Shown here in pieces: positions 54,024-62,912 of a DNA stretch of 64,000 nucleotides. How positions within the stretch are numbered: position 1 is the first letter of the stretch; the number at the start of each line of letters is the position of its first letter. The stretch covers positions 7,161 to 71,160 of the forward strand of contig DCKY01000187.1 of assembly GCA_002320775.1 (NCBI GenBank), in the 5' to 3' direction. The notes under the pieces are model-generated. The model had not been told where the DNA came from. It saw nothing but the letters and a program-made list of their open reading frames with translations, and ran no database searches. A program made the translations under genes and the position numbers. This stretch comes from Planctomycetes bacterium UBA1662. GTDB lineage: Bacteria; Planctomycetota; UBA8108.

Positions 54024-55433
54024 ATGATGCGTGAAACAAAATCGGCACCAAGACTGCACCGATCGATCTGGTATATGGGCGCCAAGTCCCGTCTGATCCC
54101 GGGTTTTCTCGAGCGAGTGCTGGCCGATGAGCTTCCTCCCGGCGCTACCTTTGTCGATCTTATGAGCGGCAGCGGCGTTGTCAGCGCCTGGTGCGCCGGC
54201 ATGTACCGGGTCATCTCAAACGATGTGCAGAGCTATTCCGCCGTGATCGCCCGAAGTCTCATCGGTCATTCTCCCGGGACGCGGGATGATTTTCTTTCAG
54301 CGCTCGATCCCGAGGCCGATCTCTTGAGGGTCTACGAGGAGAACTATGCCCGGCTGGCGGGGTATTACGGGGCCGCTCTCGAAGAGGAGGCCGGCTTTCT
54401 GGACGCCTATGAAAGCGGGCGGGCAGATGAAGCCTGGGCGGCAGGCTACAGGGAGTATCTCCATGCGTCCGCGGCGCTCTATCCGGGAGTCGCTGAGGCG
54501 AGTGTCGCCGAGCCTTTTCGAAGCGCCCTGCCCCTGCTGAGGGACAGGAAGGCTGCAGCGGGAAACCCGGCTTGTCTCGCGGCCACCTACTACTCAAATG
54601 TATACTTTGGCCTTCACCAATCTCTGCAGCTTGATTCGATCAGGGCGGCTATCGACGCTGTCGATGAAGGGGACCCCTGGCGTGAGCTCAAACAGACCCA
54701 CTACCTGAGTGCCCTGCTGCATGCGGCCTCCGTTTCCACTTCGGGCACCAGCCACTTCGCCCAGCCCCGCCATCTCTCCAAGGATAGCGAGCTGCAGGCC
54801 ATGGCCAAGCGCCGCCTGACGGACATCCGGGAGTCGCTGTTGGAGTACAGCGCCGCGATCGCCCAGACCGTTCGAGAGACGGTATTTACCGAGGGAAACC
54901 AGGTCTTCAACTCGGATTATCGCGAGCTTCTCGATGAGGATGGTGTCTTTCAGCTTCCCGAAGGTCCCGGGCTGGTTTATCTCGATCCGCCCTATACGGC
55001 TGACAATTACTCGAGGTTCTACCATGTGCTTGAGGTGATCACGCGCTATGACTATCCCGAGCTGAAGCGGGGCCGTAACGGCAAGATCCTGCGGGGCCGC
55101 TACCCGGTGCTCGCCCACCGCTTCCGTTCGGACTTCTGCAGCCCGGCGAAGGTAGAGGGTGAATTCCGGATGGTCTTGCGGGCTGTTGCCGCCAGTGGAG
55201 CCAAGCTGGTGATCAGCTATTCATCACCAACCGGTCTGCTGCTGAAGGAGTTTGTCCGCCAGGATTCGAGCGAGCCGCTCGAGAGGTTGAGGCGGCTGTG
55301 TGAAGATTTCTTCGAGGGGGTCGAGATCCTGAAGCGGCCGACGATGCACTCCGGCCAGGGGGATTCGAATATCGCCATCGATGAGCTGCTGGTGGTCTGC
55401 AGCCGGCCTCACTCGCGCAGCCGGGCCTGGTAG
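54024..55433 (+). CDS. DNA adenine methyltransferase, Dam/D12-class-like, with an enlarged insert. Orphan.
   Basis: Motifs are WYMGAKSRLIP, FVDLMSGSG and VYLDPPYTADNY. At 469 aa it is longer than a typical Dam, which is about 280 aa. Confidence 0.65.
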   Translation: MMRETKSAPRLHRSIWYMGAKSRLIPGFLERVLADELPPGATFVDLMSGSGVVSAWCAGMYRVISNDVQSYSAVIARSLIGHSPGTRDDFLSALDPEADLLRVYEENYARLAGYYGAALEEEAGFLDAYESGRADEAWAAGYREYLHASAALYPGVAEASVAEPFRSALPLLRDRKAAAGNPACLAATYYSNVYFGLHQSLQLDSIRAAIDAVDEGDPWRELKQTHYLSALLHAASVSTSGTSHFAQPRHLSKDSELQAMAKRRLTDIRESLLEYSAAIAQTVRETVFTEGNQVFNSDYRELLDEDGVFQLPEGPGLVYLDPPYTADNYSRFYHVLEVITRYDYPELKRGRNGKILRGRYPVLAHRFRSDFCSPAKVEGEFRMVLRAVAASGAKLVISYSSPTGLLLKEFVRQDSSEPLERLRRLCEDFFEGVEILKRPTMHSGQGDSNIAIDELLVVCSRPHSRSRAW

Positions 55434-56527
55434 CCTGCCGCTTCGAGCTCTTCAAGGGCCTGCAGGGCCTGCTCTCGCGTGCCAAAGGCTATGCGGACAC
55501 TCCCGGTCTCTCCTTCACGAACCTTGACGACGCTCATGTCCTTGATGTTGAGGCCCTTGCTGTAGAGGTGTCCGGATATGTCGGCGATCATCCCGGGGCG
55601 GTCTTCAACGACCACCCTGAGGTCCCAGAGCCGTGTGAGGAAGCCCTTGGTGTCCCGGGGAAGAGCCGAGCGTGTCTTGCGAGCTTTTTCGAAGCTCTGC
55701 TCAAGGTCTTCGATATCAAAGTCCCCGATTCTCTCTGAGAGCCGCTGGTTGAATTTTTCCAGGAGACCGCGAATCTCCGCTGTATTACTGGAGAGAATAT
55801 CCTTCCAGATAGCGAAGGGACTAGAGGCGATTCTCGTCATATCGCGAAAGCCCCCAGCGGCCAGGTGGACGGCTTTCTCGCTGTCATCGCCGAGTTCATC
55901 GAGGGAGTTGACCAGCTCGACAGCCAGGATCTGCGGCAGGTGGCTGATGGCGGCGGCGATCAGGTCGTGCTTCTGCGGCGTCAGCACGATCACGCGGGCT
56001 CCGGTGAGCGAGATGAAGGCGCCGAGCCTCTGGACCTCGGGAGACTCTTCACCGCTGGGCGGGGTGAGAACGTAGATGGCATTTTCAAAGAGAAGCGGGT
56101 CGGAGGCCTGCACTCCCCGTTCCTCGCTCCCTGCGAGAGGATGCCCGCCAATAAAGTGAACGGTTTCAGGGAGCGCCTTCTCGGCGGTCTCCATGATCTC
56201 GCGCTTGGTGCTGCCAACGTCCGTGATGACCGTTCCGTCGCCGAGATCCCGGCCCATCTTCCCGAGCTCTTCGAGCAGCTCGATGATCCTGTTGATCGGC
56301 GTTGCCAGGATGATGAGCTCGGACCGCGCCGCGGCCTCACCCAGTCGTTCATAGGGAAGGCCTTCATCTATCAGGCCTTTGCGAAGGGCCTCTTCGATCG
56401 GTTCAGGCCGGCTGATACCGAGGATCCGTCCCTGGAAGCCGCGCTTGCGCAGGGCCATGGCGAAGGATCCGCCGATCAGGCCGACGCCGACGATGGTGAT
56501 GGTCTGGTAGTTTTTTGTTTCAGGCAT
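55409..56527 (-). CDS. tyrA: Prephenate dehydrogenase with a C-terminal ACT domain.
   Basis: It has the NAD-binding motif IVGVGLIGGSFAMAL, and a C-terminal ACT-like segment. Confidence 0.85.
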   Translation of the reverse strand: MPETKNYQTITIVGVGLIGGSFAMALRKRGFQGRILGISRPEPIEEALRKGLIDEGLPYERLGEAAARSELIILATPINRIIELLEELGKMGRDLGDGTVITDVGSTKREIMETAEKALPETVHFIGGHPLAGSEERGVQASDPLLFENAIYVLTPPSGEESPEVQRLGAFISLTGARVIVLTPQKHDLIAAAISHLPQILAVELVNSLDELGDDSEKAVHLAAGGFRDMTRIASSPFAIWKDILSSNTAEIRGLLEKFNQRLSERIGDFDIEDLEQSFEKARKTRSALPRDTKGFLTRLWDLRVVVEDRPGMIADISGHLYSKGLNIKDMSVVKVREGETGSVRIAFGTREQALQALEELEAAGYQARLRE

Positions 56528-56620
56528 GACAGGTATTCCCAGTCGGGGAGTCTACAGCCACGTTGGCGCGGATGGAAGGAAATGGCGATGCCTGTTCCGG
56601 ATCCTTTGCCGCGGGGGGAC

Positions 56621-59600
56621 TCAACTCAGCAGGGGACCGTCGAGACCTTTTTCTTCCAGCGGCTCCTCGAAACGAATGGAGTATTGGCCAGGCGCCTTGC
56701 GGGCAATCACCCTGGCGCGGATCTTCGTATCCGACTCAGCGAGAACGATCTTGAGGTCCTGTCCGGGGAGCAGGTCCTGCTTCGTGGAGACCATGGCGCC
56801 GTTGCGGCTGACGTTGACAACCATGGCCTCGAGGATCTCATCCTGCCTGAGAAGGGAGGCCCGCAGCCTGGGCTGGACGGTTCCGCCGGTGTTGGCATTG
56901 GCCAGCAGCTCGATTCCTCCATCCTGGTGCATTCGGACCAGGTCGCCGGTTTTGATACTGCTGGTGGCGTTCTCGACGCCAACGATCGCCGGAACGTTGA
57001 TCTCTCTGGCGAGGATCGCGGCATGGCTGAGCCGTCCGCCGACCTCGGTGATCAGGCCGGCCGCGCGGCTGAAGACGGGGGTCCAGGATGGATCGGTAAA
57101 CCTTGCGACCAGGATCTCGCCATCCTTGAACGATTCTATCTCCGCTGGGCTGTTCAGTACGCGGGCGGCTCCCAGCGCCCAGCTGTCACCGGCAACGACC
57201 AGCCCCTTGAGGTCGGCGGAGCTGGTTCGGAGCTGTTCGGATGCCGGGGCGGGATCGAGTTTTTCAAGGTCGGTCATGGAGAGCTTCGTCTTCAGGGTGA
57301 TTTTTGAGAAGAGCTCGCCTTCTTTCAGGCGTTTCGAGGCGAGGGCTCGCAGCGGGGCGCTCGCGGCAGCGGCATCGATGCCGTCGAGCTCTTCAAGCTT
57401 AAGCTGGAAGATCTTTCCATCCATCTCGAGGCGGTTGTCGAGCTCCAGCAGCAACCGGCGCAGGAGTGCGAACTCGCGCAGGCAGTGATGCTTCGCCTCC
57501 TCCTTGAGGCTCTGGAACTGGCTGGCCCGCTCGGCAGCTATCGAGGCGATGGAAGATGATGCCTCCCGGGCCTTGTTCCCGGTGCTGAAGGGGGAGTGGT
57601 CTTCGCTGGAGGCCATCTCCACCAGGCCGGCTAGCAGCGCCGGGTCTTCATTGTAGCGTGGGCTCGAGAGCTCATAGTCATGGATGGATCGATGGCCGTA
57701 GAGTTCGATGAAATCAGCGGAATCACGTTCGCCGCGCTTGATCGCGGGAAGCAGCTCAAGGGCTTGCCGGACGATGGTTTGCGGACCTTCTGGAAGCACC
57801 GGTACCTTGCCGCGGATTGCGCGTTCAGCCGAGCGCATGTAGAAATCCGCCGCGATGTTGATCAGCTCAACCTGGACATGTGTTCGTGTCCGGAGGTCCT
57901 CGCGCCATTGCCTGAAGAGTTCCAGCAGCTCAGATGTTTCGAGCCGGGACAGATCGATGGCTTCGCGTATTTTGAGCTCACGCAGGTACCCGGGGAGGAA
58001 GCCTTCCTGGTAGTTCTGCTTGAGCCTCCAGGCATCCCGGGTGAGGCGGAAGGAGGCGATAAGACCGGGTCCGCTTGCCGAGCGCCTCTTCTCCACCGGG
58101 CGGTTGATATAGAGGTGTCCGAATACCGAGATCAGCAGCTCGGCCCCCTCTTCCTCCGCCTCGTAGGGGATGCCGAGGATTCTGCAGGCAAGGTCTGTGC
58201 TGCCGCCAGGTTCCCAAAGCGATCGCATGAGGGAGAGGCTCAGGGGGGTAGGGCGGGGGAGCAGCTCGGACAGCTCGTTCTGGTAGAGGGCCGTTCCGGA
58301 TTCTTCCGGGGCTCCACTTTCCACAGCCAACTCGAGCAGGCGTCTGCGCTCGATCTCGAAGGCGGCCTGCGGCTTGCCTTCATGTTCGTTCGAGAGCCGG
58401 GTGGTTACGTCTCGGGCCTGGAGAATGGTGAACTCCCCGTCCCGGCAGGCCCACTCGATATCCTGCGGAGTTCCGAAGAGCTCTTCGATTCGGGTGCCGA
58501 GCTCGATCAGCGGAGTGAGATCGAGCGGGGAGCAATGTTTATCGAGCTTACGTCCGCTGAAGCGGCCGTAACGGAACGAGGATGGGTTGGCGGCGCCGCT
58601 GACAAGCGCCTCGCCAAGACCCTCGACCATTTCAACAAGCATGCTCCCCGTCTCTCTCGGGTGCTCGGTAAAGAGCACCCCGGCGTATTCGGCGGGAACC
58701 ATCTTCTGGACGATGATCCCGCCTCGCTCCCCGGCCCCGAGGCCGTAGGAACTCACCCGTCCACCGTTTATTGACTCTTTGACCTTCTTGATGGCCGCGC
58801 CGAGCTTCTTCCATTCGACGTTCAGAACGGAGTCGAAGATGCCCGCGTAGCTCTTGTCGGAGCCGTCTTCGTTCAGGCCCGAGCTGCGCACGGCGGCTTT
58901 ATCGATGTCGGCCTCTTTCCATGCCGCCTCAAGCTCTCGCAGCAGCGAGGGCTCCAGCTTCATGTCCTGGCCGAGACTCTCGAGTAATTTCGCGCTCAGC
59001 ACAAAACCTCCCGGAACCGGGAGTCCCGCCCGGATCATGATGCCCAGGCGGGCGGCCTTATTTCCGCAGCCGCCGTGATGGGGGCAATCGGAAAGCCTGA
59101 CCATCGCACCATTGTCTTCTTCGTTCGTTGCGGAAGCGCTTTCCTGGTTGCCTGATCCGGGTGTGTCGAGGACCGTCGCGATCAGCAGGGTCTGGAGCAG
59201 CCCGGTGCCGATGCTGAGAACGAGATAGAAGTTTACGGCGGCGCTGAAGTTGTAGCTGATGGCGCAGAGCAGGACGGCGAGGGCGGAGCCTGTCAGCAGC
59301 CTTTTCCTTCTCGAGCCGCCCGCGCTCAGAACAACGTGCGCCAGCACCGCCGCGCCCAGGCAGATCGGGAGGGCCAGGAGAGGGTCGGGAGCCGAGAGAT
59401 CTGGTATCCATCCGAGGGCATCATTATTCGAGGACCCTATGGCGGTGATCGCGTTGCAGAACAGCAGCATCAGGAAGACCTGCAGGCCTGTGGCCAGGAG
59501 GTTGCGCACCGGAGTGATTCCGTGCTTCTTACGCAGGGAGTTGATGGCTCGCAGGAGCCGGTCGGGGTCATCCGCCAGCTTCTTCTTCAGCCTGGAGATT

Positions 59601-61051
59601 TTCGGCTCGAGCTTCCTGGCGAGGGCCTGGTCTTTTTCGGTTTTCAGCGCCAGGGGCAGCAGCAGGACTCTCAGCAGCAGGACACTGAGGATGATAGCAA
59701 TCGCTAGGTGACCGAAGAGTTCACGCAGCCACCCAAGGGTGATTTTGAATGGAGTCGAGAGGTAGCCGAGGAGGTCTCCACGCTGGGCCTGCTGCCATTG
59801 CAGCACATGCGGCCTGGCAGAGCTCGCCGGGAAGAACTCGTGAGGAACGGTATAGCGTCCGACGAACTCGTGCCCCCGACGACTCAGCTTGAGTCCCATC
59901 ACCTGGGCGTAAAACGAGCTGCGCTTGTCGTAGCACGGAATGATGATGGGGGTCTCGTAGGGAACCCGGGTGTCGAGAATGTTTTCGAGTTCGGCGGTCG
60001 TCATCTTTCGGATGGGAATGTTGATGGCGTCCGGCAGGCTTCCCTGCTCGAAGTCGGCTGCATAGCGAACGTCGACAAAAACGGCTCCGCTGGAGCCGAC
60101 GAGCTCTTCGACGGCCGACGTGTCAAGAAGCTTGTTCTTGTTGGTGAAGCCGGGGAGTCCACGCAGCGTTTTCACTCTTTTTCCGTTGGGCTGCAGGAGA
60201 GGGTAGCCCTCGGCTATCCATTTCTCATAGCCGCCTACCAGGAACCGGCATTCGTATCCAAGCTTCTTGAACTCTTCACAGAGCTCGGAGCTGCGATTGC
60301 CTGAATAGCACAGCAGGACTGACGAGGTTTCCTTTCCAGGGAGCTGCCCCGGGTCGTCCCTGAGATCAGGATAGCGTATTGCGAGAGATCCCCTGATCGA
60401 CCCCATCTCGATCTCTTCGGACTCGCGCACATCGATCAGGACGGGTTTCGAATTCTTCAGCAGTCCGGCGAGCTCTCCAGTGCTGATTCCGAGGGAGTGC
60501 GCCTGTTGCTGGCTGAAGGACAGCGTCCTCAGGTCGCTGTCTTCCTTGGTCGCTCCATTTTCTATCGAGGGCCGCAGCAGGTTTCTTCCCAGGCGTTCAT
60601 TGTCCTGGTCGACCGTTCTGCAGTATTGGAGGATGTTGGCCGTGATCGAAACAACGAACAGCGCCAGGAGGATCTTCAGAGCCCAGGATGGTACCCCGGT
60701 TTTCAGACCCGCATTTTCACCCGCAAGGTGATTGCGGCGGCGCTTATGAGCGAAAAGAATCCCTCCGGCCGAGACCGCGAGAAGGCCCAGGATCTGGCCG
60801 ACGCTGGCGAAAATACCGATGACCACATCAGGCGAGGGTATGGCCAGCAGGGGACCGCCGAGAAAGAGATTCAGCGCCAGCGCCCATACGATCGTCCAGC
60901 TGCCGAGGCCATCGAGAACCCGCGGCCCGGCGCTCTCTCGCGCGGGATGCTTCACCGATGTTGTATTGAGGGCCGCTTCAGTCAAGGTCGCACCTTTGAT
61001 CCAAGGCCCGGGAGTCCAGTGCCTTCCAGGCACGTCCTCGAGCTCCCGCAT
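56621..61051 (-). CDS. Giant membrane fusion protein (1476 aa): N-terminal TM segment, 2x rhodanese, YidC/Oxa1 insertase core, PEP-synthase-like ATP-grasp (PPDK_N-like), PEP-utilizers His swivel domain, C-terminal PilZ.
   Basis: Rhodanese loops are LLCYSGNRS and IIPCYDKRSS. The YidC blocks are LLLPLALKTEKDQALARKLEPKISRLKKKLADDPDRLLRAINSLRKKHGITP and ALGWIPDLSAPDPLLALPICLG. The E. coli YidC equivalents are LLPL..KQ..S..KMQ..QPKI..L..KYKDDPQ...KLYKE.GVNP and [20 protein letters not shown]. The PPDK_N-like blocks are GGCGNKAARLGIMIRAGLPVPGGFVLS and SGLNEDGSDKSYAGIFDSVLNV. The PEP-utilizers His block is GGRLSHAAILAREINVPAIVG. The PilZ-like tail is ASLLRQDEILEAMVVNVSRNGAMVS...IRARVIARK. Confidence 0.8.
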   Translation of the reverse strand: MRELEDVPGRHWTPGPWIKGATLTEAALNTTSVKHPARESAGPRVLDGLGSWTIVWALALNLFLGGPLLAIPSPDVVIGIFASVGQILGLLAVSAGGILFAHKRRRNHLAGENAGLKTGVPSWALKILLALFVVSITANILQYCRTVDQDNERLGRNLLRPSIENGATKEDSDLRTLSFSQQQAHSLGISTGELAGLLKNSKPVLIDVRESEEIEMGSIRGSLAIRYPDLRDDPGQLPGKETSSVLLCYSGNRSSELCEEFKKLGYECRFLVGGYEKWIAEGYPLLQPNGKRVKTLRGLPGFTNKNKLLDTSAVEELVGSSGAVFVDVRYAADFEQGSLPDAINIPIRKMTTAELENILDTRVPYETPIIIPCYDKRSSFYAQVMGLKLSRRGHEFVGRYTVPHEFFPASSARPHVLQWQQAQRGDLLGYLSTPFKITLGWLRELFGHLAIAIILSVLLLRVLLLPLALKTEKDQALARKLEPKISRLKKKLADDPDRLLRAINSLRKKHGITPVRNLLATGLQVFLMLLFCNAITAIGSSNNDALGWIPDLSAPDPLLALPICLGAAVLAHVVLSAGGSRRKRLLTGSALAVLLCAISYNFSAAVNFYLVLSIGTGLLQTLLIATVLDTPGSGNQESASATNEEDNGAMVRLSDCPHHGGCGNKAARLGIMIRAGLPVPGGFVLSAKLLESLGQDMKLEPSLLRELEAAWKEADIDKAAVRSSGLNEDGSDKSYAGIFDSVLNVEWKKLGAAIKKVKESINGGRVSSYGLGAGERGGIIVQKMVPAEYAGVLFTEHPRETGSMLVEMVEGLGEALVSGAANPSSFRYGRFSGRKLDKHCSPLDLTPLIELGTRIEELFGTPQDIEWACRDGEFTILQARDVTTRLSNEHEGKPQAAFEIERRRLLELAVESGAPEESGTALYQNELSELLPRPTPLSLSLMRSLWEPGGSTDLACRILGIPYEAEEEGAELLISVFGHLYINRPVEKRRSASGPGLIASFRLTRDAWRLKQNYQEGFLPGYLRELKIREAIDLSRLETSELLELFRQWREDLRTRTHVQVELINIAADFYMRSAERAIRGKVPVLPEGPQTIVRQALELLPAIKRGERDSADFIELYGHRSIHDYELSSPRYNEDPALLAGLVEMASSEDHSPFSTGNKAREASSSIASIAAERASQFQSLKEEAKHHCLREFALLRRLLLELDNRLEMDGKIFQLKLEELDGIDAAAASAPLRALASKRLKEGELFSKITLKTKLSMTDLEKLDPAPASEQLRTSSADLKGLVVAGDSWALGAARVLNSPAEIESFKDGEILVARFTDPSWTPVFSRAAGLITEVGGRLSHAAILAREINVPAIVGVENATSSIKTGDLVRMHQDGGIELLANANTGGTVQPRLRASLLRQDEILEAMVVNVSRNGAMVSTKQDLLPGQDLKIVLAESDTKIRARVIARKAPGQYSIRFEEPLEEKGLDGPLLS
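56624..56956 (-). other. PilZ-like domain at the C-terminus of the giant fusion protein.
   Basis: It has an RxxxR-like segment (LRRQDE) and D/SxSxxG-like segments (NVSRNGAMV), with beta-barrel periodicity. Confidence 0.45.
59176..59779 (-). other. YidC/Oxa1/SpoIIIJ insertase core domain inside the giant fusion protein.
   Basis: See the motif comparison to E. coli YidC TM2-TM3 given for the parent CDS. Confidence 0.65.
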
Positions 61052-61366
61052 TGCCTCGGTAAATTCCCCTGGCAGATACGGCTGCCGGGGCCAGCTAATA
61101 AATATTGAGCTTTCAGTAAAGTTCCAAAGTCCTGAATGCCGATCCTGAAAACAAGGTCCGCGAACTCTGCCGTTTCCGGGCGTCCGCTGGCCGATCCAGG
61201 TTGCTTCTTTTCATTGCTCCCGTTTTTGAGCAGGAAGGTTAGTTGACCACAACCTTCGGCAAACGCGAAAATCGTTTCCGCAAACTCTTTAAAAAACAGA
61301 GTTTATGGGAATGCGAGGCGCTTTACCGGACCTCGGGCAGGCTGGAAAGGACGGAATCCCGTCATC

Positions 61367-62845
61367 TCAGCCGGAGATGCTGTCCTGGAGCAGAGGGCGG
61401 TTCTGGCTGTACTGCCTGGAGTCAAGGGGCAGCTGGATGGTGAAGGTGGAGCCTTTTCCGGGCTCGCTGGAGACGTTGATATCTCCGCCAAGCAGCCGGG
61501 CGAATTGCCTGCTGACGCTTAGGCCGAGGCCGGCTCCGCCGTATTTGCGAGTGGAGGAACTGTCGGTCTGGGTGAATGGCAGGAAAATTTCCTCGTTCTT
61601 TTCCGGTGGAATTCCAATGCCTGTATCGATGATCTCGATCCTGATCATGGATGGTTCGACAGCCCCAGGCTTGCTGGCCTCTATGCGAACGGAGCCTTGA
61701 CTGGTGAACTTGATGGCGTTGTCGACCAGGTTGTTCACCAGGCGCTGAAATTCATCCGGAGCGGTATACATCACGGTATCGAGCTCGGGCTGCAGACGGA
61801 GCTCCAGCTCAAGACCCTTCTCTTTCGCTTTTTCTCTCCACCGGCTCTCGAGCCGGGTGAGAGTGGTGACCGGGTTGAGCGGTCCCAGCTCGAAGGCCAT
61901 GCTGCGTGATTCGATTCGCGCGATGTCGAGGATGTCATCGACGAGGGTTAGCAGAGACCGCGCACAGTTGCGAGCCTCATCGAGGAGCTCCGCGTCCTGT
62001 GGGGCGGCCGTCTCGTCTGCCTCGAGCGCGAGCTCGAGACAACCCAACACTCCGTTGATTGGAGTGCGGATCTCGTGGCTCATGTTCGCGAGAAACTGGG
62101 ACTTGACCTTGTCCGCCTGCTGGGCGACCAGGAGGGCCTCGGTCTTCTCTTTTATCTCGCGTTCGATCTTCTCGTAGGAGTCCTTGAGGTTGCCGCGCAT
62201 CTCGTTCATGGCCATGGCCAGGCTTCCGAGCTCGTCATTGGTTGTCGGCTCGATGGGGTCCTCGAGATCGCCGCTACCGATGCGGGTCGCATGGCGGGCG
62301 AGGTCGTCGACCGGGTCCAGCACGCTGCGCCGAAGGACCTTGCCAAGAACCAGCGCCAGCATGGCGAAGGTCAGGGCTGCGCCCAGCAGCAGCTGCCAGG
62401 TGCTTGCCGCGAGGAGCTTCTCAAGACGCTCGGTCGACAGGCCAATCTCTACGTCGCCGAGGATCTCGGTTCGTGATCCCACCTCGCGCAGCTGGACAGG
62501 AGCGTGGAAGACCTCCACGCCTCCATCTTCTTTTGAGATTTTCTTTCCGTAACGTGCGACGAGTCGCCGCTCGCCATCCGCCAGCTGCCTGACCTCGATA
62601 TAGGAGACGTGTGGATTGTCCCTCGTGGCCTTTTCGATGTAGGTCTCGAGATAGGGGAAATCGTTAGAGAGCAGGGTCTCAAGGCAGACGGCGGCTACGG
62701 TCTGAGAGAGGGTCTTACCGTTGTGGTCGAGGTCCTCTTGCAGGATCTGGTGCTCGCTTTTCAGAACCAGGACGATGGTCAGGATCGATGTGAGCACAAG
62801 GCTCCCCAGCACCCCGGTTCTTATCTTATTGCTGAGCTTTTTCAT
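61367..62845 (-). CDS. Sensor histidine kinase (TM segment, HAMP-like region, HisKA, HATPase_c).
   Basis: The H-box is MSHEIRTPINGVLG. The N, G1 and G2 boxes are NLVDNAIKFT, DTGIGI and GGAGLGLS. It has an N-terminal TM helix. Confidence 0.85.
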   Translation of the reverse strand: MKKLSNKIRTGVLGSLVLTSILTIVLVLKSEHQILQEDLDHNGKTLSQTVAAVCLETLLSNDFPYLETYIEKATRDNPHVSYIEVRQLADGERRLVARYGKKISKEDGGVEVFHAPVQLREVGSRTEILGDVEIGLSTERLEKLLAASTWQLLLGAALTFAMLALVLGKVLRRSVLDPVDDLARHATRIGSGDLEDPIEPTTNDELGSLAMAMNEMRGNLKDSYEKIEREIKEKTEALLVAQQADKVKSQFLANMSHEIRTPINGVLGCLELALEADETAAPQDAELLDEARNCARSLLTLVDDILDIARIESRSMAFELGPLNPVTTLTRLESRWREKAKEKGLELELRLQPELDTVMYTAPDEFQRLVNNLVDNAIKFTSQGSVRIEASKPGAVEPSMIRIEIIDTGIGIPPEKNEEIFLPFTQTDSSSTRKYGGAGLGLSVSRQFARLLGGDINVSSEPGKGSTFTIQLPLDSRQYSQNRPLLQDSISG

Positions 62846-62912
62846 TGGTTCTGCCGTTTGTCCAGCGAGCCGGTGAAGGTCTCTCTGGGCTCATCCGGGA
62901 CAGCCGCGCATT

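Noticed and set aside
55865-58774. Several + strand ORFs of 320 to 480 aa (55865..57307, 56526..57488, 57680..58774).
   Set aside because: They are antisense to tyrA and to the giant fusion gene, and they are low-complexity frames.
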